Both the position numbers and the translations under genes were made by a program. This document shows, one piece after another, positions 38,397 to 51,579 of a stretch of DNA of 64,000 nucleotides (positions within the stretch are counted from its first letter, which is position 1; each line of letters opens with the position of its first letter). The DNA is from Fonticula alba ATCC 38817. Taxonomy: Eukaryota; Protista; Nucleariida. The stretch lies in the NCBI GenBank assembly GCA_000388065.2, contig KB932207.1; one strand, written 5' to 3'. The notes beneath the pieces are model-generated. The model made no database searches, was not told where the DNA came from, and worked only from the letters and a program-made list of their open reading frames with translations.

Positions 38397-39218
38397 TTTG
38401 CGATCCAGCATCCCTGACCGACATGCTTACATGTTGCTCCCTCGTTCGCCGGCCGGGACCGTTCCGATGCGACTGCCGCGGGCACCTCCCACCTCCCAGG
38501 CCGTTCGTGGGGTGATCACATACATCTCTCGGATTCAGGAGGCCCTGTCAAAGTCTCTGGACGGGATCAACCGGTCAACCCTGGCGCAAGAGCTCGGCCT
38601 GCGCTACCATGCCACACTTGTGACACATCTCTTCGGCTCGGACTATGTCCTGCTGGCAAACGCCGCGGCGGCCGGCGGGTCAGGCTCCTCGGCCGGTGGC
38701 AGTGCATCATACCTTCCCCCGGCATCGGGGACAGGCAAACCGGCCAAAATTGAGGCAGCGCTGCAGGGAGTCACCGGTATTGGTGGCATGGCCCTGTCCC
38801 GGGATCTCGGTACTTACCGCGCCTGCCTGAGTCGTTTCGGGTCGGCGGTCGTGGACAAACAGTGCGCTGCTTTATCCCCGTCCTCTCTCTCTCTCTCTCT
38901 TCCCCCCTGCCGCCTAAGCAGGCTTCCCCATCACGCTCCCGCTGGCTGACCTCCGCGCCCCCGCGCCCCCGCCCCCTTCCCCTCTCGCCGTGCATGGCCG
39001 ATGGCAGGATGGGCGAACTGGTTGATCTGTCGGCCCTCTTCGTTGTTGGGCCGGAGCAGCTGGCGGATGTTGTCCGGCGAGTGATGAGCTCCGGTGTGGC
39101 CGATCGCCACCGGGTGCAGAAACTTCTCTTCCTACGAGCCGACTCGGCGCCCGGGTCGTCTGTCGAGTCGGTGCGTGCCGCGCAGCTTGTGTCCGCCGCT
39201 GCCGGACAGGCACTCTGA
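34438..39218 (+). CDS. EXOC5: Exocyst complex component 5 (Sec10), multi-exon, with low-complexity insertions
   Basis: FDPQSFIRTF; LSDLQSSFDEMTRTAIYTGQQLEVLENERARADELL; ESCEEECRRIRLVF; LAQELGLRYHATLVTHL; GIGGMALSRDLGTYRACL; ELVDLSALFVVGPEQL...LFLRAD. Confidence 0.85.
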
Positions 39219-40071
39219 GAATGACGCTGCCCACCCACACCAGCACAGGGGGGCAATAAACCATGTCTGCCAGATGTGTCACACATTTTGGCGCGCCCGA
39301 CACTACGTGAGCAAGCAGGTGTGTCCCAACGCACAAGGAAAGAGAGGGAGATAGGAGGAGGAGGAGAGAGAGAGGGGGAGGGGAGAAAAGCGAGGCAAGT
39401 AATTCGGTGTTTATAGTGGGTGTTTTTCTTTTAGATCAGGGGATGAAGATAGGGGAAGGGAAATCGCTGAGGGAGCGGTGCGTGAAGGATTCTACAAGGA
39501 CGCCAGGCAGAGGGAGGAAGGGAGGGAGAGAGAGAGAGAAATGCGAGGAGGGAGCGGGGAGAAGAAGATGGGAAAGGAAAGAGGGGTAGTATACAGCCCT
39601 CTCAGTGGCCTGCAAAAAGAGAAAGGGGGGGGGAGGAGGAGGAGGAGGAGAGCGGGGGACACAGAGCGGGCCAGGGAAATGGGTCATATTTCGACCCTTG
39701 CGTCGTTAGCCACTCGCCCTGCCCGCCCCTTTCCCGCCTCCCCCCTACCTGCCTTCCAGCTCTATCTCAATCGCTCCTCTCTCCTTCCGCCTCTCTTTGG
39801 ATCGCGCGTGCGAATTGGCAAAGGGAAAAGGGCGAAGACCAGGCCGACGGTCGAGGGATGCGCGGGAAAGAGACCATCGCATGCGAGTGTGCCTCATGTG
39901 CGTCCTTGTCGATGCCCAGCGCGATGCACACATCCATATGCATATGGAATGCACACACCCAGGTGGCCGCTTTTGTTGGACGCCTGGGCCTACTCCTCGG
40001 ACAGCATCGCTTTCTCCGCCTTGGCGGGCTTCTCCCTGTCTCTCTCTCTCTCCTGCTCTCTGTCTGTCTTT

Positions 40072-42865
40072 TCAGGGCCAGATGGTGAGGGCCGCCAGGA
40101 CGGTCTTCATGTCGGTCCGCTCGCAGACATCTGGATCCCAGCAGAGCTGGAGCGTGTCCACAATGAGGGGGATCTCGTGGGACGCATGGATCGGGAGGCT
40201 CTCGTGCCCCTCGCCCATGGATGCCGAGGTGCTGATGGAGGCGGAGCGCAGGCCGATCGAAGAGGAGGACCCGGTCACCAGACTGTCGGAACGGTTGTGC
40301 AGCGACTGCGACAGCGAGGAGAAGGCTGCCCCGGGGGAGGAAACCGGGAAGACATCCGGCCCACCATCCAGCCCGGCGGTCCCGCCGGAGGACGGAGACA
40401 GCGGCTCACAGGGCGATAGAGCGCTGGCCGAGGAGGGGGCCACCGAGGACGAGCCACGCGGGGCCAGATCCGGCAGCTCCGGACGATCACCATTGACCAC
40501 ATGGGTGATGATCTCATCCAGAGTGATACCTAACGGGGGGGGGGGAGAGAGAGAGGAGCCGTAGGTCAGCATTTGTCGGCGGCATGGGGAAAGGCGAAAC
40601 GAGGTCCCCGGGTGCGTGCCAAGTGGCAGGCGAGGAAGGGAGAAGCCCGGTCAGGGACCACAAAAAGCCGGGGAGCGCCAGTCACCGCCGAGAGTCGACG
40701 GCCAGCCTGGGTGCGATCATCCTCCCGAGCATGTGCTCCTCCTGTTCTTCGCGCTGCCCGGGCGCCCTGGCCAAGCATTGTCGTGTGCGTACCCTGCCAC
40801 GCGCGACGGCGCGTCACCAGCTCGTACAGAACCACGGCATAGGCATAGGCGTCCGCCTTGCGGGACATCTCCGGGCTGAACTCCAGCACGTCGGAGGCGG
40901 GAGAGGCGTGATGCCCGGCGGCGGTCATGGATTCGCGAGCGCGCTGGAAGTTGCGCAAAACCTCCGGCGAGCAGTAGGGAGCCGTCCGGCGGTTGACGCG
41001 GTTGATGGGGATGTAATTGTTGTCGGCCACGCTGCGAGCCTGGCCGAAGCTGCCGAGCACCGCCTGGACGGCCCAGTTGGCCGGCGGCGGCATGCCATGA
41101 ATCGGGCCATCAATCGGCGCCGGGCCGGTGATAATCTCCGCCTGAGAGGAGTACCCATACCGGTCGATGTCCTCCTGGGGGAGGTAGCCGAATTGCAGCA
41201 TGTGCGACGCCGCATCGCGATTGGCATTGACCGCGAAATCGAAGAGCTCCGCCGGCAGGGGAGCCAGCCCGGGGTGCAGCTTGCTGGCTGGCCGGCTGGT
41301 GGACAGCGGGGTGATCCAAATGTGCTCGGGCATGACATTCCGGTGGACGAACTCCGACTTGTGAATGTATGCCAGGGCAACGGCTGGCGTGGCGTGTGTG
41401 TGTGTGTGTGTGTGTGTGCGTTTGGGTGAGTGCCAGAGGGAGAGAGGGTATTTGCGCGCATGCGAGGGCGAAGAGGAGGAGGCTGGGGGGAAGGCTGGCA
41501 GAAAGTGGATCCCGGAATCGAAGGGAACACATAGGTGGGGCCCGCGGGGGGGAGAGAGAGAGAGAGGAGACGGCTGGAGAGGGAAAGGCGAAAGGCCATG
41601 CTGCACGCACAGATATCAGTGGCAATCTTCAGTGCGGTGGCCGGGGCGATGGCCAGCGGCGAGTCAATCAGGTGGCGCAGGGTCACCGGGCCGAGCCAAC
41701 GCTCGACCAGAATCGGAGGGCTCGGCGACTCCAGTGGCAGGTTCAGGAAGGCGGGGGGCAGGAAGGACTTGGGCGCGGCAATGTCATCCCCGCCATACAC
41801 ACCAGCCAGCTGAGTGATGTACTGGTTGGCGGAGTTCCGAGGGCCGAAGTTGAGGGCAGCCAGGGCAACGGCCTCGCGAAGGAAGCGGCTCCGGGCGTGC
41901 ATCGTGGCTGTGTGCGTGGGTGGGTGTGAGAAAAGGGGGAGAGAGAGAGAGGGAGAGAGGGAGGGAGGGAGGAGAAGCAGGGAGAGGACCAGACAAAAGG
42001 AAGGGGCGAGGGGGGGGGGGGGGGCCGGCCTGGGCGTACGGGGGGACGGCTGGACAGTGACGACAAGGTCACCCTCGGTGGTGCTGTCGCTCGTCTTCAT
42101 GACGGCCGTGTGGATGGTCGGGGCGCCGACACCCGGAGACACGCCATCCGGGAAGGACGGCGCGCAGGGGATGGTGTCGGACTCGGCATCAGAGACGGCC
42201 CCGGTGGCCGAGGCATCCGCACCGGAGAAGGTCTCCTCATCGGTGGAGGGGGCCGTCCCGGGTCCGGCCCCGGTGACCAGCGGGTGCGAGGCAATCAGAC
42301 TCGGGGCCACATCCACCACAAAGGAACTCAGCGCCGCATGGATCAGCGGCACGGAAACCACCGAGCCGGAGGGATCGGTCGCGAGACCGGCCGCCGCGGC
42401 GGCCGCCACAGCAGCCACCGTCGGGGACGAGGGGACCGCCGAGTCGGCGGCCTCGGGCTTGGCATCGGCCTGGGTCGCAGCCATGGTCATGGCCAGGGCG
42501 GGCAGCGCGCGCAGCCGCTGCGACAGATCCTGTGCCGAGGCGAAGGTGATCGGCTGCAGCCGGGCCGGCAGTTCGGTGATGTCATCCTCCCCGCTGAGGA
42601 CCGTCCCATCATCGTAGATGGCCGGGCAGGAGGTGGCCACGGCCGGGCCGGCCAGGTTGGTCCCGGTCTTGGTATTGTAGGCGGGCGCCAGAGAACTCTC
42701 CATGTCTCGCTCGGCCTGCTCCTCGCGGCGCTGGCGCCGGCGGTTGCGGAAGACACAATCCACCACCGAGTAGGCCACAATCAGCGCGACGATGGTGAAC
42801 GGGACGATGATTCCGGCCAGCAGACGGCTATCGTCGCGACCGGTGCCACCGCCTCCGGGAGGCAT
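40072..42865 (-). CDS. Single-pass membrane, TKL-like pseudokinase; additional upstream exons possible
   Basis: TM LLAGIIVPFTIVALIVAYSVVDCVF followed by RNRRRQRR; kinase fold motifs FLREA, LVERWLGPVTLRHLI, ALAYIHKSEFVHRNVMPEH, VLGSFG, TAPYCSPEV, KADAYAYAVVLYELVTRRRAWQG, GDRPELP, LQLCWDPDVCERTDM. Confidence 0.8.
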
Positions 42866-43096
42866 GGTCGGCGCTCCGCGCGTGACAACGCGGGCTGGAG
42901 ATGGACAGGGGGAGGAGGGGAGCCCCAGAAGAGTGGCAGTAAGCAGCCGGGGGTGGGGGGGGGGGGGGGTTAGAAGGACGGGGGGTAAATAATGCTGGTT
43001 GCCGGGGGGGGGAAGGGGGGGGGGGGGGGGGAGGCAAGATCCCGAGGACGCACGGAAAGGGGGGTGGCTCGGACCACGTCGCGGAACCCGGCCGCA

Positions 43097-43156
<60 letters not shown>

Positions 43157-43175
43157 CGCCGCGGGGCCCGCCGGC

Positions 43176-43207
<32 letters not shown>

Positions 43208-43977
43208 CACCCCCCCCCTGGGGGTCGGGTGGCGGGGGGGGGGGGGGGCGGCTCGCCGCATCCGGCAGCAATCCGCGCTCAGCCAGGCGTTCAAAAGAGC
43301 GCCAGGCTCCTTGTCCCCGGCTGGCGCCCGGCCCTGGAGAGCCCGCATGCAGCCCGCTCGGCCCCCCCGTGGACCGTCCCCGGGGGGGTTGCGCGCCATG
43401 CCCCGGGAAGGGCATCTGTCGGCCGGGGCCGGGGGACCGCCACCGGGTGGATGCCCCCCCCCCCCCCCCNNNNNNNNNNNNNNNNNNNNNNNNNNNNNNN
43501 NNNNNNNNNNNNNNNNNNNNNNNNNNNNNNNNNNNNNNNNNNNNNNNNNNNNNNNNNNNNNNNNNNNNNNNNNNNNNNNNNNNNNNNNNNNNNNNNNNNN
43601 NNNNNNNNNNNNNNNNNNNNNNNNNNNNNNNNNNNNNNNNNNNNNNNNNNNNNNNNNNNNNNNNNNNNNNNNNNNNNNNNNNNNNNNNNNNNNNNNNNNN
43701 NNNNNNNNNNNNNNNNNNNNNNNNNNNNNNNNNNNNNNNNNNNNNNNNNNNNNNNNNNNNNNNNNNNNNNNNNNNNNNNNNNNNNNNNNNNNNNNNNNNN
43801 NNNNNNNNNNNNNNNNNNNNNNNNNNNNNNNNNNNNNNNNNNNNNNNNNNNNNNNNNNNNNNNNNNNNNNNNNNNNNNNNNNNNNNNNNNNNNNNNNNNN
43901 NNCCGGTCTCGAGCAGGGGGGCTGAAATCCTGGGGGCTGTTGAGGGCGGGGCACGAGGAGTGAGCGCGGCCGGACGA

Positions 43978-44027
43978 CCGGTGCGGTGCGGTGCGGTGCG
44001 GTGCGGTGCGGTGCGGTGCGGTGCGGT
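43978..44027 (+). repeat. (GCGGT)n pentanucleotide microsatellite
   Basis: About 10 tandem units at a gap edge. Confidence 0.9.
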
Positions 44028-44497
44028 GGGGGGGGGGGGGGCAAAGGCGAGCACACGCAGTACTTGCCGGGGGCCGGACGGCTCATGATCCGCCGCAGGC
44101 AGATAACACCCGGACCGACGCCCTTGGCCCGGCTCGGCCGCTGTCGTCGCCGGATTGATGATCGGCCAGCCGGATGGTCCTCCTCCGGTGAGACAAGAAC
44201 GGATGGGCCCTCGCCCGGGCCCTGCGCCCGCGTAGGCGGATTAAGCCTTGAGCAAGGGGTGACACACAGGCCACAGGCCGCACACACACACATACACACA
44301 GACCTCACCAGGCTTGCCCCCGGTTTCCGCCTCCCTCTCGCTCCTCGCCCCTGTGTCCGTTGCGATGATGGAGCCCACCTGGCGCCCTCCGTGCGTGTGT
44401 GTGTGTGTGTGCCTGGCTCGGGTCTTACGCGTCTTGGCGGCGCATGCCCCTGCGCGCGCACCACGCCTACACGAACACGAAAGCCCCCCATGCCCAT

Positions 44498-44549
<52 letters not shown>

Positions 44550-44671
44550 CGCTCGGGCGGGTGCCGGCGGGGGGGGCCGGGGGGCGGGCGGGGCGGGGGG
44601 GGGCGGCGGGGGGGGCGGGGGCCGGGGGGGGGGGCGCGGGGGGCCGGGGCCCCGGGGGGGGCGCCCCCCCG

Positions 44672-44742
<71 letters not shown>

Positions 44743-47700
44743 CGGCTCTCGTGTGGGGGGGCCCCCCCGGGCGGGGGCCCCCCCCGGGGGGGGGGGGGGG
44801 GGCGGCTCGCCGCATCCGGCAGNNNNNNNNNNNNNNNNNNNNNNNNNNNNNNNNNNNNNNNNNNNNNNNNNNNNNNNNNNNNNNNNNNNNNNNNNNNNNN
44901 NNNNNNNNNNNNNNNNNNNNNNNNNNNNNNNNNNNNNNNNNNNNNNNNNNNNNNNNNNNNNNNNNNNNNNNNNNNNNNNNNNNNNNNCCTGGCGGAGCGC
45001 CAGATCTTCGGGCCCGAGCAAAAGGCGGCCGCCGGAGGCGCGGTGTTATCGCGCGGCCGGGCGTGGCCACCAAGCCAAACAGCCGCGCTGGCGCCGTCAT
45101 CAACCGGCATTTGTCCAGTCCTGGAGGCCAGGCCGGCGGTGCCGCGGCCGCCATAGCCCCCGCCCCCCGCCGGGCGTCCATCGGAAATGGAGAGTCTCAC
45201 TCGGCCCTGCCTACGGACAGACCGACCGGCTGGCAACGGGCGCTCCTCATGCCCCGCCGGCGGCCCTGCGCCCGAGCGCGCCCGCCCGAAGCAGCCGAGT
45301 GTCGACAGATGGGTGTGCCGCCGCCGCCGGGCGCGCGCACGCGCCTCGGAAACGGCCATGAGCGAAAGGCCGACAAGCGATCACCACACGTCCCCCCCCG
45401 CCCGTCCGCCCCGCCCCGCCCCGCCGCCGCCCGGGCGCCGCTGCACCGCGTGTCCACCCCTGCCCCCCTCGGCCGGGCGTCCTGGGCAGGCCTTGGGAGG
45501 AGAGGAGTGCATGCGCGTGTCCGGCCTCGAAGCACGCACGCACACGCGCACGCTTCCCGCGAACGCAACCTCCGGGCCTGGGAAAGGATCCCTTTCCCGG
45601 GTAGCCAGCCTGCTTCCCGGACCCTGGGCGCGTCTTCCCCCGGCCTGGTGGTGGGGGGGGGGGGGGGGGGGGGGGACCAGAGGGGGCGGTGGCCCCGACC
45701 ACGGGCGTGGGCTCCCTCCCGCCCCCGGGGAGCCCTCGGGAGGTGTCCGACCCGGGCCACACCCGCGCGCGCGCACACACACACACACATACACAAACAC
45801 ATCCGGCGGGTGCGCCGCCCAGACCCCTGCCACACGAGGAGGCAAGCCCGGCAGAAAGCCCGAGCCAGAGAGACCAGCTGAGTGGCGAGTGCCGGCCGGG
45901 GCCAGGTGCCCAGGGCCTCCCGATCCGGGGGGCCCGGGCGTGCGACCGAGGGCGGCTGCAGGGCACTGGCAGCCACGGAGGCTCGTGTGCGCGCGCGGGC
46001 CCGCACAAGGGGGGCGCGGCTTTTCCTTTCGCCGCCGGAGCCCTCCGGGGTCTTTACCAGGGCCGGGACCAGCCCGGAGAGCGTGCCCGCCGGGCGCCTC
46101 GTCCGGCTGGTCCCCGGCACCGAACCACACACCGGCCCTGGCCGCCGCCGGGGGCGCGGGGGCGCGGGGGGGGCGGGGGGGCGGCGTGTGGCCCGGGTGC
46201 GCGAGACGGCCATGCGCGCGGGACCCTGAACCCCCCCGAGCATGCAGGAGGCGCGCGGGGCCATCCTGTGGGAATGCCAAATTCCGGGAAAGTGAAGCCC
46301 TGGCAGGCGTGCGTGCGTGCGCGCTCGCTCGCTCGCTCCAACCCGGCCCCCGGCCCGGCGCCATCCAAGACCCCCAGCCCGGGTGTATGTCTCTCGAGCG
46401 GGCGCCCGCCGCGTGACAGGACCGCCGAGAAGCCGGATCCCCCCACCCCCGGTCCCGAGGGGCCGGGTCGGTGTACTGCCCGTGAGAGCCCCCTCGGCCG
46501 GCGGCCGAGCCCATGCTCGGAGATTAACTCTCGTCGCTGTGTCGGCACGCCCTCGGTCGCCCGCCCGCCCGTCCGCCCGCCCGCCCGCGCACCCCCGCCG
46601 GCCGGCCAGCCGACCACGGGCATATCTCATTGCCGGAGCTGGGAGGCCGGGGGGGGGGCGACGCCCGAACGACTACCAGGCGCGCGATCCAAGCCTCTCC
46701 CCCCCACACCAAGCCATGCTGAGATTAATCGCCCCCGCCTCGGGGATCCCTTGGCCTTGGTGCGGCGAGTCGGCGAAACATGCCCTGCCCGAGAGGGGGA
46801 GGAGGTCCCGGAGCATGGAGGCGGGAGGGGGTGCCAGAGGCCCGTGTGTCCAAGACACGTACAAGGAAGCCGCGGCCGCCGGCGGGGAACAGCAGACATC
46901 CAGGGCCACCCCGTTGGCAGGAGCGGCGGCTGCTGGCCAGCCGGCGCCGGAAATATCGCCCCCCCCCCCCCCTGCCGCCCCAGGGGGCTGGCCGATGGGC
47001 CGCGCCTCTGTCCGCCCTGTGCCAAAGGCGTCTGCGCCCCCGCCTCCCGCCCGCTCGCTCGGCGCGTCGGCGCGTTGGTGCGTCGGTGCGTCGGCGAACG
47101 GGGGCGGACCAGCATTGACAAGGTTGCTCCTCTCTCTGCTGGAGGAATGCCCGGCCGCCGGCCCCTGCACTGGGTGACTCTTTCCGCCTGTCCCCGCGGC
47201 GGCCGGTGCGGCACTCGCGAAGGCACGACGCCTTCATTGGCATTACTCATGGGTAACGTGCGGGATCCAGGCTCCCCCTCCATGCTGGTCTCCCACGCCC
47301 CAGGGGCCCGGAGAACACACAGGCGCCTTATGCCGCCGGCTCCGCCCCCCGCCCTTGGCCGAAGACCCGTGGAGGGGAACGCCGCGGGCGGGGCTGGCCA
47401 GCGCCATGGAGAGGGCACCGGGGGAGCAGATGAGCACGGCAGGTAACCGGGCGGGCGGGCGGGCGGGGAGGGGNNNNNNNNNNNNNNNNNNNNNNNNNNN
47501 NNNNNNNNNNNNNNNNNNNNNNNNNNNNNNNNNNNNNNNNNNNNNNNNNNNNNNNNNNNNNNNNNNNNNNNNNNNNNNNNNNNNNNNNNNNNNNNNNNNN
47601 NNNNNNNNNNNNNNNNNNNNNNNNNNNNNNNNNNNNNNNNNNNNNNNNNNNNNNNNNNNNNNNNNNNNNNNNNNNNNNNNNNNNNNNNNNNNNNNNNNNN

Positions 47701-50205
47701 NNNNNNNNNNNNNNNNNNNNNNNNNNNNNNNNNNNNNNNNNNNNNNNNNNNNNNNNNNNNNNNNNNNNNNNNNNNNNNNNNNNNNNNNNNNNNNNNNNNN
47801 NNNNNNNNNCCCGCCCTTGGCCGAAGACCCGTGGAGGGGAACGGGGGGGGGGGGGGGGGGCGGGGGGGTGGGGGGGGGAGGGGGGGGGGGGGGGGGGGGG
47901 GGGGGTACGGGGGGGGGGGGGGGGGCGGGGGGGGGGGGGGGGGCGGCGAAAAGAGGAAAAGACGCCGAGGCGAGAGGAGACACCCCCCCCCCCCCCCGCC
48001 TCCCGCGGTCCACCCCCGGCTTCCGGAGAGAGTGCCCCGGCAAGGGGGAGGGGCATGAAAATACCAGCTCGTAGAATTCCCCGGCCAGGGGTGCCCTCAC
48101 ACCGCTCCAGGCGGCTTCCAGGAATCTCGCACCCTTTTCTCCCCATGGCAGTAGGCAGGTCTTCCGCGTCTTACCTCAAACCAGGCGCCCGGCGGGCTGG
48201 CCTTGCCAATCGTCCCCCCCCCCCCCCGAGCCATCCTCCGCCGTCCCGGTCCAGGCCAAATCCAAGAGCACGGTTGCCGAAACAAACAAGCGGATCCCCG
48301 CACCGGGCCGCGTCCCCTCGGCCGATCCATCTGGCTCGGCGCTCTCGCGGCCCTGTTGAATACACAGAGAGAGAGAGAGGCACAGAGCAAGCTTGAGGTC
48401 CAAGGCCAGTCCGGTGCTGGCCCGCCCGCCCGCGTGCAGGCACGCCGGCTTCGCGGCCACCTCCTCAGCGCCCAGATGTCCCTGCCCGGTCTCGTCCGGA
48501 TTCTCGGGAAGGCCCTGCCGCCGGGGGCCGGCGCAGCCCGCCTGGCACCCGGCCCATGTCGGACCCCTCACGGGCGCTCCGAGCCACACAGGGTTGTCTG
48601 GCACTCCCGCCGCCCCCCCCCCCCCCCCCCCACCGGACAGGGTGTGGAGCGCGCCAGGATCCCATGTTTCTCGGTCAGCGAGTACTCATCGCCTACTCAA
48701 CCCCCCCCCCCCCGCCCCTGAGCCCGGGGTACAGAGGCGGCTGACCCTCGCCCCCGGGCGTCGCCCTAGCCCGACGGCGCCCTCCGCCGCGCAACGTACA
48801 CCTCCAGAGACACACCGACACCCCCCCCCCCTCCGCATGCACGTATACACATCCCCGCACACCGCCAGCCATCTGTCTCCCCTCCCCGACTCCCGGGCAG
48901 CGAGACGCCTCCCGCCCCCCCCCCCCCCCCCCCCGGGTGTGAAAGCCCCGTTCCCCGCACCGGCCGGCGCTTCCGCCGAAGGGGGCCGCGCCTGCCCGGC
49001 ACACAATGCCCTCCTCTAATAGAGCGCTTATCCCCGCTAAATGGGGCTTTTTTAAGGCTGCACGACCTTGTGGAACATTTTCCCTGTACGCGTGGATGTC
49101 CTTCTCTGTGGTGTGAAATATATTCCACATAACTTCCCCCCGGCTCTTCCGCCGGTCTGCAAGGGGGAAAGGCCCCCCCCCCCAATGCCCCTCCCGCCGA
49201 GAGGGGGATGCAGTGCACAAAGCTGTGTGCCTGAGGGAGCGAGCGAGGGGGAGTCGAAGAGCGCAGACACAGGCAAAGGCAGGGCGAGAGGCATCCACAA
49301 AGATGCTTCGCCTGTCTTCTGACCGCCCAGCCCATTCGCCGGCCCCCTCAGTTGCCGGGCATTCGCCCCAGGTGGCGGTGTCATCGCCCCGTCGTGCCCG
49401 GTCTGCTGATCATCCTAATAGCCAGCGGCCGGAGCCAGAAAGCCCACCAGCCACCGACGCACGGCCAGCGCGGAGAGACGCGTGCGTGGGAGCTCTCTGG
49501 CCAGCCCCCCGCAGGCCGGGCAATCTGGAACCAAGGACCAATCTCCGAAGGAAGATCCCCCATGCTCTTAGACACTCCAGGATCACACCCTCGCGGGAGG
49601 CTGGCCGCCCGCCGTCCATTTCACGCAGCCAGAATATACCGTAATGATTTCCCCAAGAAGAGAACATCATTTCATCATCACGCCCAGAAACATGCGTTGG
49701 CACCCAAACGGAGTGCGGTGTGACTTCCCGCTTCGCGGCATGCGCGCGCGCGCGAAAGGGCGTCTGCATCATCACCCCCCCCCCCCGCGCGTCTCCCTCT
49801 GCCTCGGGTTCTCCCCCCGCTAGGTGCGGGTATACATACGCGCAAGAGTCTTCTTTGCCCTGGGGCCCCGAACGAGCGTCCGGAGGCTAGAGGAACCTGG
49901 CCCGGCTGGGGGGGGGGGGGGGGAGTGACCCGCCCGCCTCCTCAGCCCTCCTGGCCTCCTTCGCCTCGCGCCGCCGACCCGGAAAGGGGCCCCGGACGCA
50001 GGGGGAAAAGGGAAGAAAAAAGCCCGCTGCCCCCCCGTCCCCCGGCCGAGAGTGCCACAGGTCAGCGGTCTCCCACCCCATTCCCCTCCTCCCGCCCTTG
50101 TCCACCTGGCCCACCTATCCCCCTCCTCCCGCCCTTCCCCTACTTGCTTTCCTTCGTCTGTTCCCTCCCCACTCCTCTCTCTGCCTGTCCTCCTCCCCTG
50201 CAGCC

Positions 50206-51484
50206 ATGTCCTTCAGCCACGATAGTGATTCCAAAATCACGTTCAACACCTCCGGCGGTGTGAGCGTCACGCCCTCCTTCGACAAGATGAACCTCAAGCC
50301 GGACCTTCTGCGTGGCATCTTCGCCTACGGTGCGCCTTCCCATTCTCTGTTCATCTGTCCATTTCTCTCTCTCTCTCTCTCTCTCCCCCCCCCCCACCCA
50401 TCCTCCCTGGCTCGCCACTCACGGAAGACCCTCCCTCCAGGCTACAACAAGCCGTCGGCCATCCAGCAGCGTGCAATCGTCCCCATCTGCAAGGGTCGCG
50501 ATGTCATTGCCCAGGCCCAGTCGGGTACCGGTAAGACTTCGCTCATTTCCATCTGTGCCCTGCAGCGCCTGGACCTCAATAGCCGTGACACCCAGGTTCT
50601 CATCCTGTCGCCGACGCGGTGCGTTTCCCCTCCTCCCACCATGTGCCGGCCGCAGCCTTGCCACTTGCCCACGCCACTGACGCCCTTCTCCGCCATCTGG
50701 GCCTTCCCCCCTTCCCGGGTCGCAGTGAGCTTGCCGTCCAGATCCGCAATGTCACGTCCGCCCTGTCGGACTACATGTCTGCCAACATCCACGCCTGCAT
50801 TGGTGGCACGTCCACCCGAGAGGACCAGCAGAAGCTGGAGCAGGGCCAGCAGATTGTGTCCGGCACTCCTGGCCGGTGCGCATGCCCATGCGCGCCATCC
50901 TTCCGCCCCCCCCCCCCCCGGCGAGTGGTCTCGGCCGTTCTAACACCCTTCTTTCTGTTCCCCCCCCCTCCCCTCCCCCGCATCGGCCGACCGCCCAACC
51001 AGTGTCTTCGACATGATCCGGCGGAAGGCCATCAACGTGCGCAACATCAAGATGCTGATCCTGGATGAGGCGGACGAGATGCTGTCGCGCGGTTTCAAGG
51101 AGCAGATCTACGACGTGTACCGGCACCTTCCCCCCGGCCAGGTGGTCCTCGTTTCGGCCACCCTGCCGGGCGAGATCCTGGAGATGACCAGCAAGTTTAT
51201 GTCCGACCCCATTCGGATCCTGGTCAAGCGCGATGAGCTGACCCTCGATGGGATTGCCCAGTACTTTGTGTCGGTTGAGAAGGAAGAGTGGAAGTTCGAG
51301 ACCGTGTGCGATCTGTTTGACTCGCTGACAATCCCGCAGTCGATCATCTTCTGCAACACCAAGAAGAAGGCACGTCCCGCCCCTTCCGCCGAGGGCCTTC
51401 ACCTGCGGGTGTCTGGCTTTTCTCCCTCTTTTCCCGTTCTTTTCACACGCACCGACGCAGCAGCAGCAACAGCATCAACAGCAT

Positions 51485-51579
<95 letters not shown>

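Noticed and set aside
40925-45181. 1418-aa ORF with formin/WASP-like poly-Pro
   Set aside because: Poly-Pro derives from poly-G artefact runs and N-gaps; only 41600-42865 is real coding sequence (pseudokinase)
43090-47960. Poly-G tracts as G-quadruplex or telomere-like arrays
   Set aside because: Adjacent to gaps and shown to be G-degraded copies of neighbouring sequence
49630-49700. Box C-like TGATGA on the minus strand (possible C/D snoRNA); also TGATGA at ~55111
   Set aside because: No properly spaced box D (CTGA) with terminal stem or recognisable rRNA guide
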